Program-made: the position numbers and the translations under genes
In this document: piece by piece, positions 50,158-62,792 of the stretch
Numbering within the stretch: position 1 is the stretch's first letter
Layout of the letters: every line of letters starts with the position of its first letter
The notes under the pieces: generated by a model
The model's database searches: none
What the model was told of the DNA's origin: nothing
What the model saw: only the letters and a program-made list of their open reading frames with translations
From: Takakia lepidozioides
Lineage: Eukaryota; Plantae; Bryophyta
Assembly: GCA_030704615.1 (NCBI GenBank)
Contig: CM060733.1
Span: 30,442,001-30,506,000 of the forward strand
Reading direction: 5' to 3'
Length of the DNA: 64,000 bases

Positions 50158-52161
50158 ATGCTAGGGAAAGGCCCTGGGTATGTGGCGTCGGAGTCAGCCA
50201 CATCGGAATCAGAACAGGAAGATCTGAACTTTAAAGTCATGAAGTCAGACGCACGGAAGGTGGCGGAAACTGTACTCAGGGAGGAAGAGGATACCCATCC
50301 CAAGGAGAAGGAGGTAGCATTTGAAGAGACCGAATCTCCGGCAGTCCCGCCAACCATTTCTCGGCCACTTTTGACATCCAGAACAAAGAGTCCAGCCAAT
50401 CGACCAGTAGCACCAACGAAGCTTCCCAAAAGGAGAACACACTTCACTATGCGCTTCACCGATGAGTTGGAGCCGTATAATCTAATGGAAGACTTGCGCC
50501 ACATTCAGGCAAACATTACATTTGCCCAACTCATAGCACTGGCACCAACAGTTCGACATGCTCTCAAAGCATCCTTGGTGAGGAAGCGAGTAGGTACTTT
50601 TGCTCAGACCCACCACATTAACGCCCATGTCGATCCGGGCCCAGTAGAAATAGAAGTGGAGATTGCAGACCGCCTGATACGACGTTGTTTAGTGGATGAT
50701 GGAAGCTCAGTCAACATCATGCCACTCTCCACCTTGTCTAAGTTAGGATTGAACATGACAGGGGAGTCTCCATTAACTATCAGACTGGTTGACCAACGAA
50801 AGATTAGACCAGTGGGTCACTTAGCGAATGTTCGTTTAAAGACCGGAGGCTACACATACGCGGTAGATTTCCAAATCATAGATTTCCCCATTGATGAGTA
50901 TTCCTACGCACTCCTACTAGGGAGGCCATGGTTGGTCTAGTCCCGAGCTTGAACGGACTGGGGGGCAGGTACCATCACTTATGGGATAAAACCTTACACG
51001 ACTACAGTCGCTTTTCTTTCGGAAGCACCTCACCACGAAACAGATGAGGATGAGCTCAGCATGATTGGTTCTGAAGAGGAATCTGCGGACTTGAGTGAGG
51101 AGGACTGGTGGACAGATAGAAAGATCCATCCAACGTCACATGCCCACCGAGTATTAGAAACATAGTGCCCCCTACATTCCATATTTACAACAATGGTCAA
51201 ACGGATCAACGTTTGAACCAGGATCAACCTTCACAGCCGAGCCAACAACGCAATTGGTCGATATGGCGGTGGGAGGAGAATCACCCAAGATGGTGAAGGT
51301 TGGATCCCATTTGACAGTAGCACAGGCAGCAGAATACCAGGCCTTGTTCAAAGAATTTAGAGACATCTTCGCGTGGTCCTACACCGAGTTGAAAGGGGTG
51401 CCCTCTTATGTGGCCATGCACTCTATTCCCTTGATTCCGGGAGCTACACCACAATGACAGCAAGAACGGAGGGTGAATCCCAATCTGGCTCTTCTCATCA
51501 AAGCAGAAATCAAAAAACTGCTAGCCGCTGAGTTTATCTTTCAAGTGGAGACATCAGCTGGGTGTCCCCCATGGTGATCGTTCAGAAAAGAACGGAGGAT
51601 TAAGGGTATGCATGGACTTCCACCCTCTAAACAAGGTAACGCACAAGGATCATTTTCCCTTGCCGTTTATAGACACATTAGTGGAAGAGGTAGCAGGGAA
51701 GGAACTCTACTCTTTCATGGATGGATTCTCGGGCTACAATCAAGTTTTGATCGACCCGAAAGATGTGCTGAAGACCACATTCATCTCACCCTGGGGAACA
51801 TTTGCCTAAACAAGGATGCCCTTTGGCTTGAGCAACGCACCCCTTACATTTCAGAGGGTCATGACGTATGCTTTCACGGACATTGTGAGAAAGAATCTAG
51901 TCATTTTCTTAGATAACTTTTGTTGCAATGGGGATACGAAGGATCACGTTGTGGCATTACAAGAATGCTTCATCCGGTGCAGAGAAAATGGGATATCTCT
52001 CTATCCAATGAAGTGTGCATTCGCAGTCACACATGGACTGGTCCTTGGACACATCGTATCCAGAGACGGCGTGGCGACAGACCCAGCATTAGTAAGCGCC
52101 ATTGTTGAACTTCCCGCACCAGAGACGTCGTCCAAAGTGAAGGGATTCCTTGGCCACACAG
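50158..52161 (+). pseudogene. Gypsy protease and reverse transcriptase (outer element)
   Basis: LVDDGSSVNIMP, LLLGRPWL, FRDIFAWSY, DHFPLPFID, SFMDGFSGYNQ, MPFGLSNAPLTFQR, FLDNF; stops and frameshifts present. Confidence 0.93.
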
Positions 52162-53108
52162 TGTCGCGGCCCTTTGCCTTGAGGGCAGGGGGTCGGGACA
52201 CATGAGGGGCTGCCCCTGTGGTGGGGGCAGCGGCAGCGATAGGTATGGGGGGCTGAAGCACCCTTGAGTGCCCAAGGCACTCAAGGGAAGCGGAGGCGCT
52301 CACTAGGTGGAGCCCCGCACACCGGGTTGCGGTGGGGGTGGTTCCACAAGGGGTGGTGGTAGCTTAGCGAAACTTAGTGGGGGTGGCATATGACTCACCA
52401 TGGGGCGGAGACCTCGTGGTGGGAGTCGTGGAGTCTTGGGACTCATCACGGTCCATAGGGCCGTGGTGAGTGGGCCAAGACTCACCGCGACTCATCACCG
52501 GGAGTCGAGGGTTTTCGTGGTGGTTCGCCATAAAATGGCATGGCTGGTTGTGAAACCCCCGCGGACAGCTACAGAAGTATATATGGAGTATTAACCCCGA
52601 GAACGGTGCAAGCCCGTTGGTGACCAAAAACTAGTGAGTAAGCGAGCGACCCGGAAAGCGACCAAAGAGTGGGGAGCTGTTCCGGACTGCCAACTACCAA
52701 AGGGAATTCCCGCTGGTTTCAAATCGGTGGAGGGTTCTTTGGGAGAACAAAGGGGGACCGTTATGCCCCGGTGAGCCGAAGCTCCAAGTTGGCCCGGCGG
52801 CCAGGTTGGGAGTCAGGCGCGCGCATCAAAGCGAGTAACTATGACTTGAGGGGGAGCTTACCGAAGTGAGGTGCGCGACACTTGGTATCAGAGCTTAGAG
52901 TTCAGTACGTGATCGTCCTTGGGATTGGCCTCATCATGGGGTCGGGCAAGCCAAAGCGAAAGCGGAACGGCCCATAAGATGATGATCCTGGTGAGCCCGA
53001 TGGGGGCGACGTGTCACCGAGGCGGCCGTTTGAGGAAGCGATGCATGTTTCTGAAAACGAGGCCGCTCAAGAGCGGGAGGAATCCGAGGGTCGGAGCCCG
53101 AGGAATCC

Positions 53109-55560
53109 TTGAGAGCTCCGACAAACCAAGAGATGCCTCCCATGCCGGCAGCCTTTTGGGAAGGGTTGTTGGCGCAGTTTGGCGGGACGTTGAAAGACGT
53201 GTTGAAGGCGGCTAATGCCACTTCCACTAAGACAAAGTTTAAGGTGAAGCCTAAGGAACCCGGCACCTTCGAGGGCGTCCAAAATCGGAAGGCACTCAAC
53301 ACCTGGCTCCTGGAGCTAGAGCAGTACTTCCGGGCGGCCAAGTTGAGTGACGAGGATCGGGTGGAAGTGGCTCCCACCTATTTGAGGGGATATGCTCAAC
53401 AATGGTGGCAGAAACGCCTTCACGACCGAGGTCCAAGCCCAGAAACCTTGAACTGGAGTGGGTTCAAGGAATTGATTAAGAGACAGTTTGTGCCCCTCAA
53501 CGCGTCCTGGCTTGCCCGGGACAAGATGAGGAATTTGAAGCAAACAGATGATATTCGGGGATATGTCCAGGCTTTCAATGTGCTTTTGCTCGAAGTCGCG
53601 GACATGGCAGAACCGGAAATGGTCTTCAGCTTTGTGGCGGGACTGGCCCCATGGGCCAGGCGGAAGTTGGAGGAGAAGCCACCTAAGATTTTGAACGAGG
53701 CAATTGAGAGGGCTGAATGTTTCTCGGATGTCCCTAGGGGTGAAAGACAAGGTCGTACGGAGCTGAACCACAAGAAGACCCGGCGGGAAGGTGACTCCTT
53801 CCGACTGGAAAAGAAGTGGGATAGGCCACGCGGCAACAATGGCACGTGGAAATCGAAGGGAGGGCCATCACAAGTCAAGGCGACACCCGGTGCTTTGAAA
53901 GGAAAAGCGGGTGGAGTGGCCTATGGCGGACAGAAGGCAACCTTTGATGGAGTGTGTTTCGGGGAGCCCGGGCACAGGGCCAAGAAGTGCACGAAGCCCC
54001 GACAATTGAACATGACTCGGGCGACCACAGAGCTGTCGGAAGATACCATCAGTCGCTTGGTGGAAGCGGTGGTCGCCAGGACTTGCAAGGTAGGCAAATT
54101 TTCTTGTGAGTTGTATCAGGAAACTGGCGCCTTACGTAAAGGGAATCAGTTATTGTTCGTGGATGGGATAATATCCGGAACTAACGTGTCGTTGTTGGTG
54201 GACACAGGAGCGTCGCACTCCTTCATGACACCGCCGGCAACGGCGCAAAAGCTGGGACTCCCGACAAGTGACGTGGGGGCCTCTATTGAGGTGCGTTCTG
54301 CCAAAGGAGAACCGCAATTGGCGACAAGGTTGGCGTTTGATGTTCCTCTTCAACTGGGGGGTTGGGAGGGACGTGAGAACTTCACCATCTGCGAGATCGA
54401 TGGAGTGGATCTCATTTTGGGGATGACCTTTTTGAGCAAATCCGGAGCGGTCATAGATGGCCGCAATAGAGTAGTCACGCTGCCATGTGGGAATGGTGGC
54501 GAGGACTTACGAGTGTCGGAAATGCCCAAACCCGTGGGAGGGCGAATAAACCTTCTGTCAGCAAGGGAGTGGGCCGTGGAGGAGGCACACGAGCCCCAGT
54601 TTTTGCTTTACATTAGAGAAGTGAAGGGAGAAGGCGATGGGGAGCCGAGCCCAGATTGGATCAAGGGGATTTTGGAGAAATACCAGGATGTGATGCCGGA
54701 GGATTTACCAATCGGCTTGCCACCGCGAAGAGGAGTTGACCACAAGATTAAGGTGATACCGGGATCGGAACCGCCTGCCAAGGCGCCCTACCGGTTGAGC
54801 CATAGAGAGTTGGTCAAGCTGAAGACTCAGCTCAAAGATCTAATGTCAAAGGGGTACATCCGGCCGAGTAAGTCACCTTACGGAGCCCCGGTGCTATTTG
54901 CAGATAAAAAGGATGGGACGCTGCGGATGTGTGTCGATTACAGGGCTCTGAATAAAGTGACTATCAAAAACCGGTACCCTTTGCCAAGGATCGACGACCT
55001 CTTCGATCGGTTTGCAGGAGTGAAGTATTTCAGCCGGATCGACTTGCGCTCCGGCTATCATCAATTCGGGTGGCGGAAGGAGATGAGGAGAAGACCGCGT
55101 GCATGACAAGGTATGGTTCATATGAGTTCTTGGTGATGCCTTTTGGGCTCACCAATGCACCAGCGACATTTAGCACGCTAATGAACAGCCTTTTTCAGGA
55201 GTGGTTGGATGACTTTGTGATCGTGTACATCGACGACATCTTGGTGTACTCGAAAACAAAGGAGGAGCACCTGGAGCACCTGAAAAGGGTGTTCCAAAAA
55301 TTGCGAGAAGGGAAGCTATATGCCAAAGCTTCAAAGTGCGAATTCGGGGTCACAAAAGTGGAGTTCCCGAGGCATGTGATTACACAGGATGGGATCAAAA
55401 TGGATGACAGAAAGGTGAGGGCGATCTTGGACTGGGAGCCTCCGACTTCGGTCCCGGGAGTGCAATCCTTCCTAGGACTCACCTCCTATTACCGGAAGTA
55501 TGTGAGAATTTTGCCAAGATCGCGGGGCCGTTGTCAGACCTTCTGTGTAAATCCAAAGTC
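53109..55560 (+). CDS. Chromovirus gag-protease-RT (frameshifts at ~55070 and ~55510)
   Basis: Gag core, [68 protein letters not shown]. Confidence 0.93.
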
Positions 55561-55565
55561 TGGGT

Positions 55566-55895
55566 ATGGAATTGGAGCTGCCGGCAAACAGCAAGGTGCA
55601 TCCAGTATTTCACGTCTCCATTTTGAAGCCTTACTTCAAAGATGAAGCGCGTCCGAATCGGCATCAAGTGTTGCGTCCGCCACCTGTGCTGTTGGATCAT
55701 GAAAATGAACCTGAGTACGAGGTGGAGGCAGTACTTAAGTCGAGGAGGTTCAAGAACCGAGAAACGGAGTATCTCGTCAAATGGAAGGGCTATCATCATG
55801 TGGAGGCATCTTGGGTGCGTGCCTCAGAAATGGGAAACGCATCCGAGGCGGTTGCAGTTTTCGAAGGGCGACCTCAAAAGCGGAAGAAGCGTTGA
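55566..55895 (+). CDS. Integrase C-terminal tail with chromodomain
   Basis: ELELP..HPVFHVSILKPY, then EYEVEAVLKSR..EYLVKWKGY..EASW. Confidence 0.92.
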   Translation: MELELPANSKVHPVFHVSILKPYFKDEARPNRHQVLRPPPVLLDHENEPEYEVEAVLKSRRFKNRETEYLVKWKGYHHVEASWVRASEMGNASEAVAVFEGRPQKRKKR

Positions 55896-56884
55896 TGGGG
55901 ACATCAACCTTGGAGCATGGGGGAGGAAATGCATGCTTAGCCCGGCTTAGCTAGCTCAGGAATCCGATTGCAAAAACTTGTATTGTACAAAAATTTATTA
56001 TAAGGGAAATGGGTTCCAAATGTTGTGTGTCTTATTTTGTTTGGAATGGTGATGCATGGTGTGGTTGGCTAGTGTGTAGAATGCATGCTAGCTTACAAAA
56101 GTGGGAGAGGTAAATTGGGTTAATCGTGTGTTTGCGCAGTGCCGAAATCGGGTGACTCCCATCCAAGGCCCTTTGCCTTGAGGGCAGGGGGTCGGGACAC
56201 ATGAGGGGCTGCCCCTGTGGTGGGGGCAGCGGCAGCGATAGGTATGGGGGCTGAAGCACCCTTGAGTGCCCAAGGCACTCAAGGGAAGCGGAGGCGCTCA
56301 CTAGGTGGAGCCCCGCACACCGGGTTGCGGTGGGGTGGCTCCACAAGGGGTGGTGGTAGCTTAGCGAAACTTAGTGGGGTGGCATAGGACTCACCATGGG
56401 GGCGGAGACCTCGTGGTGGGAGTCGTGGGGAGTCTTGGGACTCATCACGGTCCATAGGGGCCGTGGTGAGTGGGCCAAGACTCACCGCGACTCATCACCG
56501 GGAGTCGAGGGTTTTCGTGGTGGTTCGCCATAAAATGGCATGGCTGGTTGTGAAACCCCCGCGGACAGCTACAGAAGTATATATAGGGAGTAGTAACCCC
56601 GAGAACGGTGCAAGCCCGTTGGTGACCAAAAACTAGTGAGTAAGAGCCGGAAAGCGACCAAAGAGTGGGGAGCTGTTCCGGACTGCCAACTACCAAAGGG
56701 AATTCCCGCTGGTTTCAAATTGGTGGAGGTTTCTTTGGGAGAACAAAGGGGGACCGTTATGCCCCGGTGAGCAGCCGAAGCTCCAAGTTGGCCCGGCGGC
56801 CAGGTTGGGAGTCAGGCGCGCGCATCAAAGCGAGTAACTATGACTTGAGGGAGAGCTTACCGAAGTGAGGTGCGCGACACACAG

Positions 56885-59000
56885 GGTGGTATAGGGAATT
56901 TATGGACAAGTATGCAGCAGAGGCATTACCTCTGACTCGACTATTGAAAAAGAACCAGGTATTCTCTTGGGATGCAGGGTGTCAGGAGTCTTTTGAAATG
57001 CTCAAGGAACGGTTGGTGTCTGCACCGGTCTTGGCGGCTCCGGATTGGAACACGCCTTTTCATGTTTATGTTGATGCTTTAGCGGTGGCAGTAGGATGTG
57101 CCTTTTGCCAACCAGACACTGATGGCCATGATCATCCAATATCTTTCGCCAGTTGACAGCTGACATTCGCTAAGACTAGGTACAGCACCACGGAGCAAGA
57201 GGCTCTAGGAATGATTTTTGCCGTAAAGAAGTATCGGCATTATTTATTGGAGACCCCATTTACATTTTTTGTTGATCACATGGCATTGCGATACTTGATC
57301 AACAAACCTGACCTGACAGGGAGAATAGCAAGATGGGTCATTTTACTTCAAGAATTCGACTACAAGGTAGTCTACAAACCGGGAAGGCTGAACGCCCAGG
57401 CCGACCATCTCTTGCGGTTGTCAGAGAAGATGGGGGACGAGCCTATTGACAATGATTTTCCGGATGCCTTCTTATTCTCGATTGAGACGGTTCCTCCTTG
57501 GTACGAGCACATTGCTTAGCATCTTAGCATCCTGGAATTTCCACCAGGAATGAATCGACATGCACGAAGACGACTTCGATTGCGTAGTATGAAGTTTGCC
57601 CTTGTGGGAGGGCAACTTTATAGGAGGGGATTGGATGGACTCTTGAGGCGATGCGTCACTCCAGAGGAGGTTCCCCAGATTTTAGAGTTAGCTCATGACA
57701 GCATGTGCGAAGGACACTTTGTAAGGCGACTCACGGTCCAAAAGGCTTTGAGGGCAGGATATTACTGGCCCTCCATGTTCAAAGATGCGCACATACATGT
57801 GCAAAAATGCGACTCTTGCCAGAGGTACGCTAAAAGGGATAACATGCTTGGAATGCCGTTAGTTCCCACTCTCCCTCTTGCTCCGTTTGAGAAGTGCGGA
57901 ATCGATTATGTAGGGGAAGTGCACCCCGCTTCAAGTCGACAAAATCGCTACATCATCGTAGCCACCAAGTATCTGACCAAGTGGGCAGAAGCCAAGGCGG
58001 TCACGAGGGCCAACGCCCAGGTAACCGCCTCTTTCATTTATGAAAATATTATTTCCCGATTCGGATGCCCTAAGGAGATAGTGAGTGATAGGGGCTCTCA
58101 CTTTATTAACGACGTCATCGAAGAAATGATGGCAGCATTCTCCATCAAGCATCACAAGGCTAACCCCCTATCACCCCCAGACAAGTGGTCAAGTAGAGCG
58201 CGCCAATCAGACCTTGTGCAACATCCTCTCCAAAACAATTAGGGAGCACAAGCGGGACTGGGACACCAAGTTGATCTCAGCTTTGTGGGCGTTTTGCACT
58301 ACACATAAAGTAACCACTCGACACACCCCCTTTTCATTGGTTTATGAGGTGGAGTCCATTATGCCCATCGAAACAGAGATTCCCTCATTTGCGACTGGCC
58401 ATCACCGAGAGATTGGCAACATTCGAGTCCCTGAAAGAACGACTCGAGATACTGGAGGGGTTAGACGAGCTCCGGTAGGCAGCAGCTCAACACATTGAGG
58501 CCGTCTAGCGAAGGAGGAAGGCTCGGTTTGACCTGAAGCGCAAAAAGAGGATTTTTGATCCAGGAGATCTGGTATTACTGTTCGATAGTCGGAAGGGCAG
58601 AAGCATGCTACAGTGGCTCACTTTGCAAAAAATTTGTCCAGTCTAAACTAGTCTACTTTCATTTATATCTTTTTTCATATGAACTTTAAATTAGGTGTTG
58701 CAATTTATTTTTGTTGTCAACTCAATTTGAGATCACCCAAAAATTGGTTTCCAAACAAAGCTGTTGTGTTCTGAAGATGAAAAATGAGAGTAAGATTAGA
58801 GTAGACTGGACAAAAGTGAGTCACTGTAGCATGCTTCTACCCGGAACGAGGAATTCAAGGTCAAGTTCGACTCATACTGGATGGGGCCCTATCTTGTCAA
58901 GACAGTCTTTGACAACGGCTCATTACAATTGGAGACACTGAAAGGAGTGGAGTTCCCCAATCTGGTGAACGGTGTCCGGTGCAAGCACTACTACATGTGA
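56885..59000 (+). pseudogene. Outer Gypsy RT connection, RNase H and integrase
   Basis: Continues GHT/GWYREF across the TSD. FHVYVDA, YSTTEQEALGMIFAVKKYRHYL, the HHCC zinc finger, IVSDRGSHF and WMGPY are present. Confidence 0.93.
58595..58842. mobile_element. MITE with ~30-bp TIR and 4-bp TSD GGAA (Sola-like)
   Basis: GGGCAGAAGCATGCTACAGTGGCTCACTTT / AAAGTGAGTCACTGTAGCATGCTTCTACCC. Removing it restores the integrase peptide FDSRNEEFK. Confidence 0.9.
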
Positions 59001-60286
59001 GTTCCTTTAACCAATGAATTATCTCCCCCCATTAAGGGAAAGGTTACCAGGAAGTTGTTTGCTATATTTCTAGATTTTCTAGATTTTCTAGACATTAATG
59101 TCGACGTTCTACGACTCACTATCGATTCGATCGTGTACGCACATGGTCTTATGATTTGTTGTCTCATATTTGGGAATTTGGAACGGTTACAAGTGGTGTT
59201 TCCATGTGTTTCCATTTCAATTCATTTCCTATGCATTGTTTATGCATGTGCAGTGCATCATATTAGCATTTGAAATTGTAGGAAAATTTGAAATACTATT
59301 TAAAACTTTGGGGCTCTTTGCATTTGGGTGTTACAGTTTTGGATCTATGGTTTGGAGCCAAGTTAAGACAAGATAAAACAATAGAAAACAAAAGAAACAA
59401 GACAACACAATGAATTAATAAGTATGCAATTTTACTTGCACCTGGATGTCATGTCGAAGTGCTTCGGTGTGTCTTGGAGACTTCCAAATGAATGCTTCAA
59501 ATGCACTCTACCCACTGTCTGGCCCTTCCAAAAATAAATCTATTAGCTTGAAAGGTATCAAAAGAGATCTAACAAGGACAATGAAAAATAATGTAACCAA
59601 TATGGTGGTAATGACAAGAACTTCTGGTTGGCCCTAGTCTACTGTACCAAAGCCATTAGAAGACTTGAAAATAACTCGGAGTGGGAAGCCCGAACAACAA
59701 ATAAAAGCTCAAAGGGAAAGGAAGATTGCAATTGCCGCAACCTGAAGATAATATTCATTATCTAACTTAACCCCCTTGACTCTCTCCCCTCTCCCTCCTT
59801 CTTTATCTCTTAGGGTGGGAAGCCCGAACAGCAAATAGAAGTTAAGAGGAAAAGCAACGACGCAACCGCGTGAGCCTCGCGCGTGAGCGTACGCTCACAC
59901 ACTAGTGACGTGGCGTGAGCGTGACGGGGCGTGAGCGTGATGCCAGCAGGTTGTCATGGTGTCGAATGTTGACGTGGTGCCATGTCAGCATCCGCCACGT
60001 CAACCGAAACATACGGCGCCTATACCCGAGGGTCCTATGACCGTGGGATGAATTTAGGGAATATGAAACCAAAATACCATAAAAAATACCATCAAAATAA
60101 ATAACCTTATAAGGCTCCATTGAGGCTAACCCAGGAAGACCCTGCTTCCTCCCAAAATAACGAAGAGAACAGGGATCACGGTATAAAAAGAAGCCTGCAG
60201 TACATAGCGACACAAAAGAAACCAGAACAATTTTTTTTCTTAGGAACAATACGGAAAAACAAAATTCAAAAAAATTCAAAAAAATA

Positions 60287-61036
60287 AGAGCAGAAGTGAT
60301 TGTCGGCACCGATCATCAGAAGCCGACAATCACTTCTGTTTTTTTCTTTTTTTGAAAATACGGAAAAAAAAAAAAACAGAGCAGAAGTGATTGTCGGTAC
60401 CGATCATCACTTCTGCTCTGCTATGTTTTTATTTTATTTATTTTTTCTGCGTATTATTCCCAAAGAGAAAAAAAAAAAAAAAAAAAACAGAGCAGAAGTG
60501 ATTGTCGGTGCCGACAATCACTTCTGCTCTGGTTTCCTTTTATTTATTTATTATTTTTCTCCGTATTGTTAAAAAAGAAAAAATACAGAGCAAGAGTGAT
60601 TGTCGGCACCGACAATCACTTCTGCTCTGTTTTTTTTTTTTTTTTTTTGTTGTTGAAAATTTACGGAAAGAATTAAAATAAAAAATAAAAATAAAACATA
60701 AGTGATCATCGGTGCCGACAATAACTTCTGCTCTGCTCTAATAAGTTGAGACATGCTTCCTTGTGCCGCAGCTCCGCTCTGGACAGCCGCACTGCATTAC
60801 TTCACTGATGCAAACACAGAGCAAAGCAGAAGTGATTGTCGGTGCCGATCATCACTTCTGCTCTGCTCTGTTTTTTTGTTTGTTTTAAAAAAAATAAAAA
60901 TCTGTTGCGTATTGTTAAAATAAATAATTAAATAAGTTAAAAAAAAAATCAAAAGTGATGATCGGTGCCGATCATCACTTCTGATCTGTTTTGACATTTG
61001 GGTAGAGGTGATGATCGTCGACGATCATCACTTCTG
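60287..61036. repeat. Array of ~8 palindromic units separated by A/T-rich spacers
   Basis: Consensus AGAGCAGAAGTGATTGTCGGYRCCGAYMATCACTTCTGCTCT at ~60287, 60378, 60489, 60586, 60700, 60825, 60953 and 61004. Confidence 0.9.
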
Positions 61037-61457
61037 TTTGATACTTGATAATTGATTTTCAAACATGCAAGGGCTTAGTATATAGACCATATCTAAATCA
61101 GTCTATTCCATCTGGGCGATTTTTACGTAAGAAAATATCAATTCCACTCTGGTTATTTTGATGGTTGGGGATCTGCACTGGGAATTGCTTCTGCACTAGG
61201 AATTGCTACTACACTTTGTTATCGACTGATATAAAAGCTTGATGAAACTAGCACGCTCATTCTCTTTTTTATGGGAGGGATAAAGGTCTCACTTCGGCAA
61301 TCGCACCTGTGAAGTGTTGCCCCACTCCTCCCATATGCACCAGCCCGCCACTCCACCGCTCCAAGTCCCTCTCTCTTGCAACCTCTTGACGCGCGGCAGC
61401 TTCAACGTCACTGTTCGCAGCAGAGGTCGTGGCTGAAGAGTTAGGGCAAACCCCCCT

Positions 61458-62060
61458 CCGTTGGATCTGGCCAGATCCAACGGCATCACCTAAATGTGGA
61501 AAAAAAAAAAAAAAAAAAAAAAAACGTTGTCCACCGTGACCGTTGGATCCACGATCCAACGGCTTTCACAAAGCCTTGAAAAAAGAAACCCCCCCAAAAA
61601 AAGACACCACCAGTGCGACGCCACGTGGCGACGCGCCGAGCGTGGGTCGGCGCCGCCACCGAATAAAAAAAAAACCAACGTCCGTTGGCTTGTCGTGCAA
61701 AGCCACGTGGCGATGCGCCAAGCGTGCGGCCTGGTGTGGGTCCACGAGGCCTGGCAAAGTCAACCGGATCCGCCACCAAAAAACAAATTAAAAGAAAACA
61801 ACAAAACCCAACGTCCGTTGAATCTTCCGGATCCAACGGCGGGGGTCTCGCCCAAATGTAAGAGACCTAACCCTAGCCACCCCCCCCCCCCTGCGGCGAC
61901 GCTTAGGTGAGATCTCTACGCCGTTGGATCTTGAAAATCCGACGGTCTCGGAAAACCCAAGCACAAATGTAAAGCATATTAAAATATAAAATAAAATATT
62001 ATTTTTAAATTCCAATAATATCTTAATGGATGGACGCTGGATCTTTGCGATCCAACGGCC
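61458..62060. repeat. Cluster of GATCCAACGG/CCGTTGGATC and GCCACGTGGC motifs (TE subterminal-type)
   Basis: The motif recurs in both orientations at ~61458, 61474, 61540, 61553, 61829, 61921 and 62049. Confidence 0.65.
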
Positions 62061-62281
62061 TCCATCCCAGGAGAAAAAACCCAATATAAAACCAAAAATA
62101 TATAAAAAATAATAGACATTAGATTTCGATAACAAAAAATTAAAAAACTACATAGGCTCGAGGGGTCAACTCGTCGAGCATACAATACTATTGATGGAGT
62201 GGATATTTGCGAGAAGGTGTGGTGGACACCTCATAGAATTGGCAGGTCAGCTTACATGGAGTACAAAAGACTCAGCAAAGA

Positions 62282-62491
62282 ATGGGTTATCTCCTCTCTG
62301 CATGGAAATTCTGGAATGAAGCGGCTCCGCCAGAGACTGTTCAGGCTGAGGGGAATATATTGTATATCATTAACGGGAACAGTGATTTCATGCCACATAA
62401 GACGAGATGTATTGGTAAGGGGCGCCGAGATACACTCTGTGTACTAGTTCCAGAGATTAATTGGAAACGAGTTCGAGATGAGTCCAACGAG
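62282..62491 (+). pseudogene. Possible decayed BED-finger-like transposase exon
   Basis: SAWKFW..A....Y.INGNSDFMPHKTRC resembles BED-finger spacing but lacks the CxxC. A donor-like GTGAAT follows. Confidence 0.25.
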
Positions 62492-62574
62492 GTGAATATT
62501 CTTTCTCATCTATTTCTTCTTTTGGACCTCTCTATTAAGACAATGTGAATAAGATGTGATTTGGTTGAGCAAAT

Positions 62575-62792
62575 ACGAATTTTCAGCGACCAAAAGTACT
62601 TGAAATTTGATATCTCCCACACCGCGGGTCCAAAAATTATGAGACCAAGCCGGTGCACCCCTCCTCATCGAGGGCTTTCCAACGGTATCAAGCATCAATG
62701 ATGGGCCCCTGCGGTTTGGGAGATCTCAACGACGCTACAAACAAACAAACAAACATACATACAAACAAATTGTCTTAATTCTTATATTGATA
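62575..62792 (-). repeat. Inverted copy of the 6778-6980 repeat (Helitron-like 5' end)
   Basis: Reverse complement of the 6817 unit, ending in a (CAAA)n tract and CTTATATTGAT. Confidence 0.7.

Larger units (their letters stand above)
52162..56879 (+). mobile_element. Chromoviral Gypsy element, internally deleted, inserted in the outer RT
   Basis: TSD CACAG on both sides, TGTCGCG...CGCGACA ends, LTRs 52162-52880 and ~56167-56879, PBS TGGTATCAGAGC (52883-52894, tRNA-iMet) and PPT at ~55919-55928. Confidence 0.96.
42870..59000 (+). mobile_element. Non-chromoviral Ty3/Gypsy (Athila-like) retrotransposon, degenerate, with three nested insertions; 3' LTR not seen
   Basis: 5' LTR, PBS, gag, two CCHC knuckles, PR, RT, RH and INT in order. 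There is no extra archaeal-type RH between RH and INT. Confidence 0.93.

Noticed and set aside
60287-61036. CRISPR array
   Set aside because: Eukaryotic context with no cas genes; spacers are low-complexity, variable in length and related to each other.
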